From the NCBI GenBank assembly GCA_951406725.2, contig OX597819.1, positions 4,464,001 through 4,528,000 on the forward strand: a stretch of 64,000 nucleotides of DNA, in the 5' to 3' direction. A model generated the notes under the pieces. That model ran no database searches, was not told the DNA's origin, and saw only the letters and a program-made list of their open reading frames with translations. A program made the position numbers and the translations under genes. This stretch comes from Octopus vulgaris. Its lineage: Eukaryota. The first letter of the stretch is position 1, and the number at the start of each line of letters is the position of its first letter. This document shows positions 15,883-29,295 of the stretch, piece after piece.

Positions 15883-16270
15883 GGGAAGCTTTATGAAAAT
15901 AAACAAAAGACGAAGGCAGGTGGAGTACAAACAAACAATTGTATTAGTATGGCGCTCAGGAATATAAATAAAACAAGTCTTTTACGTTTCGAGCCTACGC
16001 TCTTCAACAGAAAGATACACAGAAAAGAAACAAGGAGAGAAACAAGGAGAGAGAGAAAATGCGTGCAGAAGCTAGCGATTCAACATGGCGATCTGATTCC
16101 GGCCAGAAGTCAGAGATCAAACGTGAGACGCAAGAGCGAAAATAGGGGAGATAACAGGGTCAAATGACTTCGCCCCAACATAAGGGTGCGTGGGTGTATG
16201 AGAGAGTATGTAGTGCGTATGAAAGGTCTGGACGTGTGTATGTATGTATGATGTGATGTGTAATGTCGTA
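15878..16270 (-). mobile_element. Family P1 short Penelope-like element (longest copy)
   Basis: Matches 5487-5680. 3' end abuts (TA)n at about 15851-15877. Confidence 0.8.
15978..16015 (-). ncRNA. Minimal hammerhead motif, CUGUUGA core variant
   Basis: Identical to 5542-5579. Confidence 0.65.
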
Positions 16271-16277
16271 TATATAT

Positions 16278-16543
16278 CAACGTTGGTCACAATGCACTTC
16301 GCATTGTTTTAGCAATCAAATTGACGCACCCTGCTGGCTAAGTGAGCAGGTCAACAGAAGAAGGAGTGAGAGAAAGTTGTGGAGAAAGAGTACAGCAGGG
16401 ATCACCCCCCCCCCTGCCGGAGCCTCGTGGAGCTTTTAGGTGTTTTCGCTCAATAAACACTCACAACGCCCGGTTTGGGAATCGAAACCACGATCCTACG
16501 ACCGCGAGTCCGCTGCCCTAATCACTGGGCCATTGCGCCTCCA
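16278..16543 (-). mobile_element. SINE with family A head and a third tail type
   Basis: Head as 32991. Tail GACCTGCTCACTTAGCCAGC..GCTAAAACAATGCGAAGTGCATTGTGACC. Confidence 0.8.
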
Positions 16544-16593
16544 CACACACACACACACATACACACCACACATACCATACACACACACACACA

Positions 16594-16649
<56 letters not shown>

Positions 16650-16689
16650 TTACATATATACACATATATATATGTGTGTGTGTGTGTAA

Positions 16690-17007
16690 AATCGCGTAGT
16701 TTAGTAGTTAGAGTATTCGGCCCCGATCGAAACGTGGTGAGTTCAATTCCCGTTGTCACGTTGTGTCCTTGAGCAAGTCACTTTATTCCACGTTGCTCCA
16801 GTCCGCTCAGCTGGCAAAAATGAACAATACCTGTGTTTCAAAGGTCCAGCCCTGTCACGCTGACTCTCCCCGTGAACTACGTTAAAGGAACGCGTGTCTG
16901 TGGAGTACTCAGCAACGTTACGTTAATTGCACGTTAATTTCACGAGCAGCCTGTTCCGTTGACCGGATCAACAAGAACTACCGTCGTTGTAATCAACGGA
17001 GTGCCAG
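16690..17007 (+). mobile_element. SINE with a different tRNA-like head and family A tail
   Basis: TAGTAGTTAG..GAGTTCAATTCC, CORE-like TCCTTGAGCAAGTCACTT, then a tail shared with 33195-33370. Confidence 0.75.
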
Positions 17008-17063
17008 TCAGTCTGTCAGTCACACACACACATATCAATCTCTCTCTCTCTCTCTCTCCTCCC

Positions 17064-17146
<83 letters not shown>

Positions 17147-18479
17147 ATCTATCTATCTCCATATATATATAATGTATTAACTTTTACAAGGTTGACAGTG
17201 ACTTCGAAATGTTGGTTTGCTTTACTTTGGTTCTTTTTCGATTGGTGAATCTTTTTCATTCTTTTTAGTGGGGATGGCGTTAGTTATGGTGTAGGTAGAC
17301 CGAGGAAGTAGTAGTAGAAAGAAAAGTATAGAGACGTAGAGGGGGAAAGTATGTGTTTGTAGTGTGGAAGTTGAAAGAAAGTTTTAGCGAGGGCAGTTAT
17401 TTTGGTCGGACATTGACATTTTTTTCTTTTAAGGCATGTAAGTAAACGTGTAAACAGACACGAAAAGTTTTGTATAGAAAGTTGGTTTTTGTGTTGCGTT
17501 TTAGGGTTCAACTAAAATATTATGTAAAATTTAATAAAGATGCTTTCAACTAAAAAGTATTGAGCAATCCTTCAGATTAATCTTCAATTGTTTAAATAGG
17601 AAACTTGACATAAAAACAAAAATGTGTGTGTGTGTGTGTGTGTGTGTATAGTATACATATACCTTGTGACTATATATGCTGTATATCGCTATAACTGATT
17701 AGTATTACGAGAATATATTTGTGATGGATGCAAGAAATGCACAATATAGTGTCTGTTTCTGTAGCTATCTAGCAATATATCTTCAATATGCCACATTGGG
17801 TGAGTGTTTTGCTCATGTGCAGATGTGAGAGCTACTACAAAGCATCTCTGTAAATTTTATTCAGAAAACCTGGTACGATATAAAGAAAGTGAAAAAGAAA
17901 TTTTTTGAATGATACAAAGCTAATTTGGCTTTAAAAAAACCTGCTCCTCACCATTCTCCTTAAACGTATTATTTTCTATAATCCACCGACTAACTTCGTT
18001 GACAATCAAAGGAAGATTATTTTCTCTTGGGAGTCGAATTTCCTGGTAAAGAAACGAGTTCTTAATCAGGACAAGACAATGAAAAACAAGGAAAAGCAGA
18101 CAAAGTCAGACACAAAGAAACCAGATTATTAAACAAAAACGAAATTTTATCAATTAAACAAAATAATGAATAAATAAACAAAATAGGAAGTAAAATTTCA
18201 TTAACGATCGGAATAGAATATTCCTGTGATATGAAGGGATATAGCAATCTTGGAAGACCGAGTTATTTTGTCCAATAGCTTCCGAGCTAAAACGTGGCGA
18301 AGCAGTACTATTGTTAAATAAATATGGAAGCAACTTTGTGTCACAAAATTTGTATGAATGTTCTTATGCTATGTTTTCACATGCATATTTCTGTCTTCAT
18401 TAGCATGTGTATAAATGTACACTATACATATGCGTGTGTGCGTGTGTGTGCGTGTGTGTGTGTGAGTGTATATATGCAG

Positions 18480-19480
18480 ATCACGGTATCATTGAATCAC
18501 CTGACCATAGGATGGTGCTATAAATCGATGGTCACATTACACTTCCAACTTTTTCTTGATGGCGCCATTATTTTCCATCTTGGCCCAAGTCATTTAACTA
18601 AATTGTCTGCCCCTCGTCGTAGAGGCCTTTCGAGTGTCCTTTTCTGATCTCTTGGATACCACTCAGCAACTTCACGGGTCAACCTATTGTCTGTGAACGT
18701 TATCTGACTCGGCGGAACTTATGCTTTCAGCAATCTGAAATCACATCATTCACACCACTGCGTTCTCAAATTATTTCATTTCTGATGTGCTCCTGCAATT
18801 ATATTCCTAGCATGAATCCTTCCACGGCCCTCTTCGTAGTAGCCCACGTCTCATTTGCGTATAAGACAGAATTTAAGACGGTGCAATTGAAGAGTCTGGC
18901 TCGTATGGTCTTGTCCAGCTTTTCTTTGAGCTCATCCTTTATTGAGATAAGTGCCTTCTATTCTTACTTTGTATTCTTCGGGATTTCATCGTCCGTGCCT
19001 CGACCTTATTCACTGAGTGCCCTAAATAGAGGTATTCCCTTATCTCCTCGATTTCATCGTTTCCCGCCACCCCTATTCGGCCTCCTGTTGCGTCTTCAGA
19101 CCTCATGAATTTTATTTTCATGCGATTCATTTTAAGGCCTACTGCTAAGCTATGGGTGTCCAGCTTTGTTAGCATGGTATGCAGCTGGTCTAAGGTCTTG
19201 GTGATGAGAACAATGTAATCTGTGTATCGTAAGAGTAGCTCGCCGTTGATATTCACGCCACCTGTCTCTGATGACCACTTCTAGACATGTAGTGAAGAGG
19301 TTTGGAGAGATGGTATCTTCTTCTTTGACGTGCTTCTCCACTGGAACGCTTACTGGTGGCGATAGCATCCAGAGTTCACATTTGTAAGTAGCTTGGTGTA
19401 ATGCGACTCGACATCTTGCATATACAGAAAGTTCAGCATTGCGTCCATCTGGACTCTATCGAAGGCCTTTTCGTGATAGA
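18480..19480 (-). mobile_element. RTE-clade LINE reverse transcriptase remnant
   Basis: EKAFDRV, VKEEDTISPNLFTTCLE, LRYTDYIVL, VGLKMNRMKIKFM, EYLYLGH, with frameshifts. Confidence 0.9.
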
Positions 19481-19490
19481 TGTGTACATA

Positions 19491-19562
<72 letters not shown>

Positions 19563-19599
19563 TGCGTGTATGTTAGAGAAAGAGAGAGATTCGTTGGTA

Positions 19600-21228
19600 G
19601 AGGTACACACACACACACACAAACACATGTCAACTGCCCAGACGAGGTCATTCAATGAGTATACCGACTCGAACCACAGACGTGTAGATATATTTTCAGC
19701 TAAAAGGTTGTCTCGCTCAACACCTCAGTTCCTGCTCTTCCCACGGTCGACCTGAAGACAGAATGCGTCGTCTGCTTGGACTATTTCGGACTTGCCACCT
19801 TCGATATCCAGCAGCTACTGTCAGTCACAATTGCCGACACACACCTCCGTCGGTAATACATACAGAGTGTTCAGGTCTGTCTATAGAGTCCTATCTCACA
19901 GGCCTTCTCGCTAGAACACTCAGTACCCGCTGCTCATGCTCCCTTTTTCACCACGTTTATGGTCGATATCCTCTGCTCACTTTATGCCTTGAGGATGCCT
20001 CTACAATAATAGAAATTTTCAATGATATGGACCAGTACATCGATCTCCCCATCGAACACCCGAACGACAATGGTTCCCTCTCCTTACTTGACTTTCGATT
20101 AAGCATCATGAATGGGGAAGAATCGACACAATTCTACCGAAAGGCAGCATGCCAACACTTCGTCCATTATAAGTCGGTCCTCCCCATCAGTGTTAAGACC
20201 GGCTACATACATATTGAGATCACCTCTATACACAACAGATGCAGTGACAGCGCCAGTAGGGACACCAGGTTGCATACTTCCTCAAAATATTTGGAATCAG
20301 CAGATTCTCAGGATCCGTTGCAAATACCTTACACGGATACAAGCTAAATAAACGTTCCAAGAATAATCTCTTTGGACTACCTTTTGCTATCCGTAAGGTC
20401 ATCCGCGGGAAAAATCTTGCCATCGTGCATAAACATCCGTCAACGAGGAAATCCCACGCGGAATAACAGCCCTGCACACTTGTAAACTGTGTCTTATCCG
20501 CTACACGAGCAAAAGTCTGCAGACATACGTGATGTACCAGATGTGGTGTTCCTAATGCGGAAACTATTACATCGATAGTACGTTCCGACCGTTCCACATC
20601 CGACAGAAGGAATACCTGACTACCAACGGGTTTTCTTCTGCAAGCACTTAATCAAATGCGGTATTACCACCAAGGGGATAGACGCTTCAATGTTGGCCAC
20701 GGAGAGAAATAGAGGAAATCTCCGTATCAAGGAAACCTTACTGATCCACCGACTGTCCACCGACTGATCCACCGAATGTCTCCTATAAATTCCCGACTCC
20801 TATAAAAAAAAACTATAAATTACCGACTGCCCCTACATCTTTGTGACCACGATCAGCGTCATCGTCACTACGATAGTGATTAGCATTGTTGCCTACTAGC
20901 ACTATGTTCACAGCCACCAGATCTACCACCACTGCCGTCGCTTGCCGTGATTGAGGCTTGTGGCTGTTACGGCCACCACCTTGGCAAGGACTACTAAGAG
21001 AACAAATAACACCAACGCAATCAACGACTACTACCCCGACATTTACCACCATGAACAACTACCTTCACCACCACCGTTCCAGCAGGATCTGTGTAGACAC
21101 CCATTTTTTGACTGTACATTTTTGATGATGATCCTTTGCACCCGAAATATATAGAGGTTTTTCAAATTTCATCTATACATTATTAGAAGCTGTCCTCATT
21201 TCCCTTTTCATGAATTATTCTACTTCAT
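19600..21228 (+). mobile_element. Decayed Penelope-like retroelement (RT plus C-terminal GIY-YIG)
   Basis: IEHPNDNGSLSLLDFRL..FYRKA..HYKSVLPISVK..NRCS (PLE RT C-terminal region) and VMYQMWCS*CGNYYIDSTFRPFHIRQKE..LRIKETLLI (GIY-YIG). Degenerate TTGATGATG..CCGAAATATATA at about 21121-21153. Ends at (TA)n. Confidence 0.9.
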
Positions 21229-21238
21229 ATGTGTATAT

Positions 21239-21272
<34 letters not shown>

Positions 21273-21273
21273 A

Positions 21274-21968
21274 TAATAGAAATATTAAAATTACTAAGTC
21301 TCTCTAAAGAAGATTACAGCAGCATTACTGGAAATTAATAGTTATCGCCATACTAATATGGTAGTCTTATAAATATAAGACTAAAGCTGTCGCTGATTAG
21401 CTCCAAGAGGCCACCGCCTCAAGCTAGCTATTTGACACACAGCCTGCGTCCATTATAAACCTTCGAACAGGGGAGGTCAGCCGCTTCATCCTGCCAGTCA
21501 GACAGCTGCAGACATGTTTCAAGGTATTTGCCCTTTATCAATGCAGCGTAGTCAGACCCAGCAGGTGTCGCTACTGACTGTCCCTGTTCGAAGAATCTAT
21601 TTACCTAGTTTCAGTGGAATACATCCACTTGTTTTCAATAATAGAAATTTTAAAATTACTAAGTTTCTCTAAAGGAGATTACAGCAGCATAACTGGAAAT
21701 TAATAGTTATCGCCATACTAATATGGCAATCTTATAAATATAAGACTAAAGCTGTCGCTGATTAGCTCCAAGAGGCCACCGCCTCAAGCTAGCTATCTGC
21801 AGCTGTCTAACTGGCAGGATGAAGCGGCTGACTTCCCCTGTTCGAAGGTTTATAATGGACGCAGGTTGTGTGTCAAATAGCTAGCTTGAGGCGGTGGCCT
21901 CTTGGAGCTAATCAGCGACAGCTTTAGTCTTATATTTATAAGATTGCCATCGTAGTATGGCGATAACA
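21274..21968 (-). mobile_element. Hammerhead mini-element: about 363-bp monomer, partial tandem copy and inverted segment
   Basis: 21274-21431 is repeated at about 21638-21796. 21797-21968 is the reverse complement of about 21341-21511. Confidence 0.85.
21505..21547 (-). ncRNA. Type-I hammerhead motif with mutated core and extended stem I
   Basis: GCTGCA-TTGATAA-AGGG(CAAATA)CCTT-GAAA-CATG-TC-TGCAGC. Distal pairings CCTGC/GCAGG, GTCAG/CTGAC, CTTCGAACAGGG/CCCTGTTCGAAG. Confidence 0.7.
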
Positions 21969-22411
21969 ATTTATATATATATATATGTATATATATATAT
22001 ACCATGGTTCGTTTTGTTCTCTTACTTTATTATCATCTTATAATCATCTCATAATAATCACTTTTATGACTCATATTGACCTCAGTCAATCTAAATGTAT
22101 ATATTTGTCACTACCTGTCATAAATAGGCTTTTTCTATTTGCAATGTGCATTTTCGTTGATTTTTCATATTTTACTCTTACATTTCAACGTGTATTTTAT
22201 ATTTTCTTTTCGTAACATATTTCTACTATATATATATATAAAGAGAGACAGACAGACAGAGATATTTACATATATCTGTGTATGTGTATGTGTATGTGTG
22301 TGTGTGTTTGTGTGTGTAACATACAACACTGCGTAAATCAGAATAGTTGGAATAAATGTAAACACTTCGGAGCCAACTATGAGTTGAATGAGAATGCAAC
22401 CACATTCTTTC

Positions 22412-22838
22412 TATTTTTCTCCACGGTAACTGCAGTGTAGGTGACTTTAGCAGCTGAAATATGTGACGAACATATTTCAACTAACCTAAATTCTGCTCAT
22501 ACCTAAACACTGCTTTGCGCTTATGCTCCGTTAATTAATTAGATCGGGCGATCTACTAGCGCAAATCAGTCGACGTGTTGACTGAATTATATATAAAGCT
22601 ATAGCTTTATTAAGTTCGTTCAGAGTTGCTCCTCTTAGGTACATCTCGTTGACAAGAGTCAAAAAATTTGAAACATCGATGTTTGAAATTCCCGAGAGTT
22701 GGCGACATTGAACGAACTGGGTGTTTTCACACCTTTTTACCATAAGAGAGATTTATTTTTTCTCCATGGTAACTGCTGTGTATTTGCCTTTAGCAGTTGA
22801 AATATGTGACAAACATATTTCAACTAACGTAAATTCTG

Positions 22839-22844
<6 letters not shown>
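22412..22844 (+). mobile_element. Hammerhead mini-element with 90-bp terminal direct repeat (period about 343 bp)
   Basis: 22412-22501 resembles 22754-22844. Decayed motif TTGACAA-GAGTC..-GAAA-CATCGATG-TT at 22649-22683, inside the stem AGTTCGTTCA/TGAACGAACT. Ends at (TA)n. Confidence 0.65.
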
Positions 22845-22885
<41 letters not shown>

Positions 22886-23853
22886 GTGTAAATGTATACG
22901 CATGTGTCTATATATATATCCATATATCCTTCAGTTTGTATTTATGTACATGTGTATGTATATGCGTAAATTATATATATATATATATATACACACATGC
23001 ATGTGTATATGTGTTTATGTACGAATGATATGCATATATGTATGTGTTTATGCATACACACCCACACAGAGACATACACAAATTCACAGCTAAAAGTATT
23101 ACATTGCAAGAATGACTACTGCATACATAGACACTTGGACTTTATAATCCGTGACACATATACGATGCTATTTCACATTTATACAAATAGTGACATTACA
23201 GATTTAACTATAGTGCATTTAACACTCACAAGCCAAGATCAAGAGCTTTCTCATCACCATTCTGTCTCGCTTTCTCTCCCTCTCTCATTTTCTGTCATTC
23301 TTCTTCACACACATACACCCCGACTCTTTTTCTTCCTTTCCTATTCCCTCCTTTCTTTTTTCTCATTTAGTGTCACTAGGACCCAGATCGTGTCTCAACT
23401 TCCGATCCTTCTTTTCCATTATCCATCTGCCGTTTTACCCCAGGCTTGCAACGCAAGTAGACATCCTACATTTAGTGTCATTTCTATTTCTTTCTCACTT
23501 ACCATTTTATTTCTTTTGTTGTATTTGATATAACTTGAAATGCTAGATCATCAGCTTCTTCTTTCGTTTGGTATATATACTGTTATTGCACATATTCTTT
23601 ACTATATATATATATATATATGTTTGCGTATTTACATATGAGTGTGTGCATATGTGTGTATGGAAATATAAAAGACGTTCTTGCTAAAACTGTCCATCTT
23701 TACTTTATATGTACACACTGTCCTGGGATTTAGAATTTATATAACGAATTTGATAACCGAATCAATCACAGCATTGTGTGAATATGTGTGCGCACATTTG
23801 CATACCTGTCAGCCTGTGTCCATGATTTTCATTATAGTAATGCTTCATTTATA

Positions 23854-24739
23854 TTGGGTTGGCAAGAATATAATTTCGTTTTTCGCAAATAGGTAGCGTT
23901 ACGACTTTTTGAATGACTTTTGTCAATGTCATGATTTTGCAGAGAGGTTAAATGTATCGCACACAAGAATTGAAAATCACTTAAAATGTCTTAGACTCAT
24001 TAAGAAGCTCGATCTTTGGGTTCTACATAAATTGAAAGAGATTCACTTGACCCAACGAACCAATATTTGTGATATGCATCTCAAATGTAATGAAATCGAC
24101 CTTTTTTTAAATGAATTATCACTGGTGATTAAAAATGGATTGTCTACAATAATATCAATCGAAAACAATCATGGTCCAAGCATAATGAACCAGCACAAAC
24201 CACATTGAAAGCTGAATTGCATCAAAAAAAGGTAAGGCTGTCAATTTGGCGAGATTACAAAGGTTTATGCATTTTGAGCTGCTTCCAAGGAACCAAACGA
24301 TCAATTCAGATGTTTACTGTCAACAACTAATGAAACTGGAGGGAGCGATCAAGATAAAAAACGGCCAGGGTTGGCAAATCGTAAAGGAATCATGTTCACC
24401 ATGACAACGCTAGACTACACACGTCTTTGCTAACTCATGGAAAATTATTGGAACTTGTTACATCCATCATATAGTCCTGACCTTGCACCATCAGATTACC
24501 ATTCTTTGAATGGCAAAACTTTCAGTAATGATGATGACCTGAAATCACACTTGCTTCAGTTTTTGGCTGATAAGAGCTAGACGTTCTATGAGCGCGGAAT
24601 CAAGGCGTTACCAGAAAGATGGCAAAATGTCATTGAACAAACTGGAAAATATATATTTGATTAAAGTTCATTCTTTGTATGAAAACAAATGACTTTTATT
24701 TCACACTAAAAAAACGAAACTACTTTCTTGCCAACCCAA
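23854..24739 (+). mobile_element. Internally deleted mariner element
   Basis: TIRs TTGGGTTGGCAAGAA / TTCTTGCCAACCCAA with TA on both sides. Motifs LWVLHKL, ITGD*KW, HHDNAR, HPSYSPDLAPSDYH. Confidence 0.95.
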
Positions 24740-25302
24740 TATATTTATGATATTTTATCTATCAAGCTAGCTGGCAATCTGTTTGTCTGTCTGTCTATAG
24801 ATACTAATAGATACTAACTGCAATATTACCTATATTCTGTTAATACAAAAAGCCCTTGAAAGAAGTGGAAACAATTTAACTCTACTTCTATTTTCAGAAC
24901 AAAATGCTATATTATTGGAGGGGAGGGAGTTATTGGATAAATTGCTGAAATTTAGGCTGTCTTTTCCAACGAAGTCTAAGTGATCTGAACAATCCTTTAA
25001 ATTTGTTTAAATAAAAAACATTTATTTAAAAATTATTTTATTTCACATCATGCAACTCCTACAAACAATATTTGCATTTATTTCGACGATTTCTCTATAA
25101 AGAACGTTTCTAGTTAATGTTCCGTTTTCAGCATTATGGTGTGTATTTCTGGCTTTTGAGGGAGACATGACTACTATCTCTTGTAGGTCGATCAATTCAT
25201 AAAAGCTTTCACACTTGTGAATATATTTGTGTATATTAGTAATAAACGTGGCAGTCGATTAATGTCAATAGAAATTATTTTTAAAATAATTGTGTTCAAA
25301 AT

Positions 25303-25500
25303 ATTGGTTTCAAATATTGGCACAAGGCCAGCAGTTCTGAGGTAGGGGTTAAATCAATTACATCGGCCCCACTACTCAACTGGTACTTACTTTATAGTCC
25401 CCGAAAGGATGAAAGGCAAAGTCGACCCCGACGGAATTTAAACTCAAAACATAAAGACGGACGAAATGCCGCTATGCTAACGATTCAGCCATCTCGTGTC
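25303..25500 (-). mobile_element. SINE family C
   Basis: CCCCGAAAGGATGAAAGGCAAAGTCGACC core. Confidence 0.8.
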
Positions 25501-25759
25501 CAAAACATTAAGTTAACATTTTAGTGAAATTAATAATGTTTCAGTAAATTATTTGTATTCATGACAAGAATGATGTTATGCCTATGTTTTAATTTCACTA
25601 AATATGTGAGTATAAAATAATGTATTCACCTAACAAGCAGTACAATTGTCTGTTTTAGTGATTGAAGGGATTTGTAATATACTTTAATGACTTTAAGAAT
25701 AAGTAGTTTCAAATAGTAGAAGGGACTGCTTTGAAGAAATCAAAATAGATTTACGCCAA

Positions 25760-26258
25760 AGTCAACTGTTTTACTGACTCGCTATCTCCAGTTAGGTTTT
25801 CCTGCCTATTCTCACCTTTGATCTGACGTAAATGTTGGGTAATGACCAAAAGAGTACGATTGCGAATACAAGCAGCCGAAATGAATTTCCTCTGAAGGAT
25901 TTCTGAAATAACGTTAGTCGAAAGGCTCATATCTCGAAGACAAGTGAGTCTATCCACGTTGAGCAGCTACTTTTCTGCATTGGGAAATCACAGCTCCAGT
26001 ATTAAAGATATGCTATTAGAATGTTGCAGGAAAGAATCGCAAGAAGGATTTTGCAAGAGAGGAGACCTAAAGGTAGAACAAGAATAAGAGTGTTGGATAG
26101 CCTCGGTTGATCATTTCGGGAATCCAGCCGAGACGTATAATGACGGTTGCGTCTGAGAGGAGGACCCTGTTGAGGAAGTGATTGAGGACCTCCACGACAA
26201 TCCCCGCAAATATAAGTGTAGAAGATAGATGGATCGATCGATCGATGAATGAATGGAT
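25760..26258 (+). mobile_element. RTE LINE 3' fragment
   Basis: WVMTKRVRLRIQAAEMNFL*RIS, RMLQERIARRILQ, RRPKGRTRIR, and a (GATG/GAAT)-like tail. Confidence 0.8.
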
Positions 26259-26280
26259 ATTTTTTTTCTTTTTTGTCATC

Positions 26281-26437
26281 AGGAGTGGCTGTGTGGTAAG
26301 TAGCTTGTTTACCAACCACATGGTTCCGGGTTCAGTCCCACTGCGTGGCACCTTGGGCAAGTGTCTTCTACTATAGCCTCGGGCCGACCAATGCCTTGTG
26401 AGTGGATTTGGTAGACGGAAACTGAAAGAAGCCCGTC

Positions 26438-26487
<50 letters not shown>

Positions 26488-26710
26488 ATGTTTGTGTGTC
26501 AGTGTTTGTCCCCCTAGCATTGCTTGACAACCGATGCTGGTGTGTTTACGTCCCCGTTACTTAGCGGTTCGGCAAAGGAGACCGATAGAATAAGTACTGG
26601 GCTTACAAAAGAATAAGTCCCGGGGTCGAGTTGCTCGATTAAAGGCGGTGCTCCAGCATGGCCGCATTCAAATGACTGAAACAAGTAAAAGAGTAAAAGA
26701 GTAAAGAGTA
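26281..26710 (+). mobile_element. SINE family B, full length
   Basis: tRNA-like head TGGCTGTGTGG..GGTTCAGTCCC, CCTTGGGCAAGTG box, internal microsatellite, tail GGCGGTGCTCCAGCATGGCCGCA..GAAACAAGTAAAAGAGTA repeats. Several copies in the window. Confidence 0.9.
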
Positions 26711-26803
26711 ATCTCTTCTGGTCCCCTCGTCTTTATCCTTTACTTTTCCGTCTATTAATGTAGTTGGGAGTGAAGTATTCTTGAACATTTGATTTTTGGT
26801 GTC

Positions 26804-26856
<53 letters not shown>

Positions 26857-28592
26857 CTCTGTGGCATGCAAGGAAAAAACATAAAATCGTTGACCAAAAA
26901 TGTAAAAACAGCCTTGGTTTCTCTTGTATAGCAATTGGGAATTCAATGGAAACATTGAATAAAATGACATTTTTGGCGGGTGGCTGAAATTTGCGTTTCA
27001 TTTTTTTTTTGTTTTTTTTTTTGTTTTCAAAATATATTATTTGAAAATCATTTATAGCGAAAATCGGTAAATCATGATATCAAATAGAAATTTACCGAAT
27101 TTTTCAAATGAAATATAGAACAAAGGGAAAATATTAAATCTATTACCTCCCTTGAATTTTAAAATAAATATTTATTTATATTTATCTATAAATACTTATT
27201 TAAAATAAATCTATTACTATATATACACACTCGCGCACGCGCATATACGTATGTATGTATATATGTGTAAATATAATTGCAAATATTTCATAAAAACTCG
27301 GTGTATATATGTGTGTGTGTGTTGTGTGTGTGTACGTGTGTGTGTGTGTGTGTGTGTTTGTGTACGTGTGTGTGTGTGTGTGCGTGTGTGTATGTGTGTT
27401 ATTTCTGTTTACCAATGCTTGCACTTAAGAAAAATGAACATTTCACATTTGTTGCACCGCCATGTAATATAAATTTGTGTGTTCGTGAGTGTGTGTTTCT
27501 GTGTACGTACATATGTGTACATGCGTGTGTATGTGTGTGTACCTATGTACATGTTTATGGACGTATAGCAGGACTGTGTATTTTGAGAAACAATTTACAC
27601 AGTAAATATGCCAAGCACAAAGAGAAATAAATATATTAAGTCGAAATTTTACACTTCAGTTTCCTAAAATTATATTTTTGTACACCAACTCTCACATCAC
27701 TTTGATATTCTCAACACTTCTGAATCATTTATTTCCTCTTTGTTTCTGCTTAAAAGAAATTAACGAAACTCAAACTCATAAATAAAAGAAATTCATTCAA
27801 ATTTAATGGATTAAATTTTATTAGAATTTCTCTTTGACTGAAAATAAATGACGTTTTAGTACCGAATCAATCTGAATATCGTTCGCATATTTGTGCGAGA
27901 AATATAATTGAACATTGCACGAAATGTAAAATAAAAAATGGAGGTATATTTTGAAATATGCAGTATATTTCCTTGGTTTCATACACTGTGTTTCATGATT
28001 TTTGCCTATATTCCATTCTTCAAATCGATTACTCTAATCATCACGACTTGAATTTATGTAGATGGCGTAATAAAAATAAGGGATAATGGTGTTCATGCCT
28101 CTACTTGTGAAATAAGTCGTGGATGTGAAAGGAAAATGTTGCAAATATTGCTTGAAATTGTAATACTGTATTCACCGTATTCATCGCTATTCTCAGAATT
28201 AAGAAAATGTGTAGTCGTTGTGTATGAATATGAGAATGTGTGTGGGGGGGTCTCTGTGTGTGTTGGGGATTCAGTTCATCCTTATTAAATGTGTAAGCGA
28301 TTACTGAGCATTCTGTTAGCACGTGTAGTCTTAACATAGATCTCTGGTAGAATCACTATGAAACAGTATGTTGTGAGAAAGCTGTAACACTCCGATATAA
28401 AGGTATAATCCACCTGCCAGACATTTATGCAGTATCCTTCAACCCAATTTTAATCACAACGTATAAGCCGATTGCCCAAGATTCCACATAGTGCGATCGA
28501 ACTTGGGTTGCGAAACGAACCTCTTAGCTATTCGACCATGCTGCGACTAATGTGTGTATGTTCGCGTGTGTGTGTATGTATATATATATAAA

Positions 28593-29295
28593 CAGGGTGA
28601 TTATAAAGTTTTTCTCTGATTCTGAAATATATCTTTGTTGCTATTTCAAATTAAACATTTTCGTTGTTAAAGTTTATAAAATCGAAGTCTAAAATTTCAC
28701 AATTGATTATTGATATGTGCTGTTTCATTTTTTAAAAATCACATTTTCTCTTTTTTCAGATAAAGTTAACATATCAAAACGGAATCTATGAAAGAGAAAG
28801 CACAATGTGTTTTGTGGTTTTATGAAACTAAGTCGGCAATTACTGTTCAAAGAAATTTTAGAAAAGAATACGGCCGAAATCCCCCAGGTGTTAAAAGCAT
28901 CAAGAACTGGTAAAACAAAATCAAAGATAGTGGCAACGTTGGTGACCTCGAAAGAACTGGCTGGCCACGATAAATGAAGAGATTGTTGATGCTGTGCGTA
29001 CTGCTTATCAACGTAACCTTAAGAAATCGACTCACAGAATTTGAAGAGAACTAGGAGTGCCCCAACCAACCATTTTCAAGATTTTGCGCAAATGCCTGAA
29101 ACTGTGTGAATACAAAGTGCAAATCGTTTAGTCTTTACAACCAAACGATCTTCCCCAACGTGCTACTTTGCAGAAGAAATTCTTAACACAATCGATACGA
29201 ACAATGAATATCTTCAACGTATCGCGTTTTCTGACGAGGCAACTTTTTACATATCAGGAAAAGTTAACAAACGCAATGTAAGGATACGGAGATTT
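28593..29295 (+). mobile_element. 5' half of a Tc1/mariner-superfamily transposon (DUF4817-type HTH)
   Basis: CAGGGTG start. MKEKAQCVLWFYETKSAITVQRNFRKEYGRNPP from 28788 and IAFSDEATFYISGKVNKRNVRI. Truncated at the element starting 29296. Confidence 0.88.

Noticed and set aside
15949-16167. Peptide MALRNINKTSLLRFEPTLFNRK, also at 5465-5776
   Set aside because: Antisense reading of the repeated P1 element; no coding evidence.
19600-21228. Selenoprotein-type (Naiad) Penelope element
   Set aside because: The endonuclease is C-terminal, the stops and frameshifts look like ordinary decay, and no SECIS was seen.
26640-26700. CA(G/T)TCAAATGACTGAAACAAGTA in the family B tail resembling hammerhead stems II and III
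   Set aside because: No CUGANGA-like core or stem I; more likely a LINE-derived tail hairpin.
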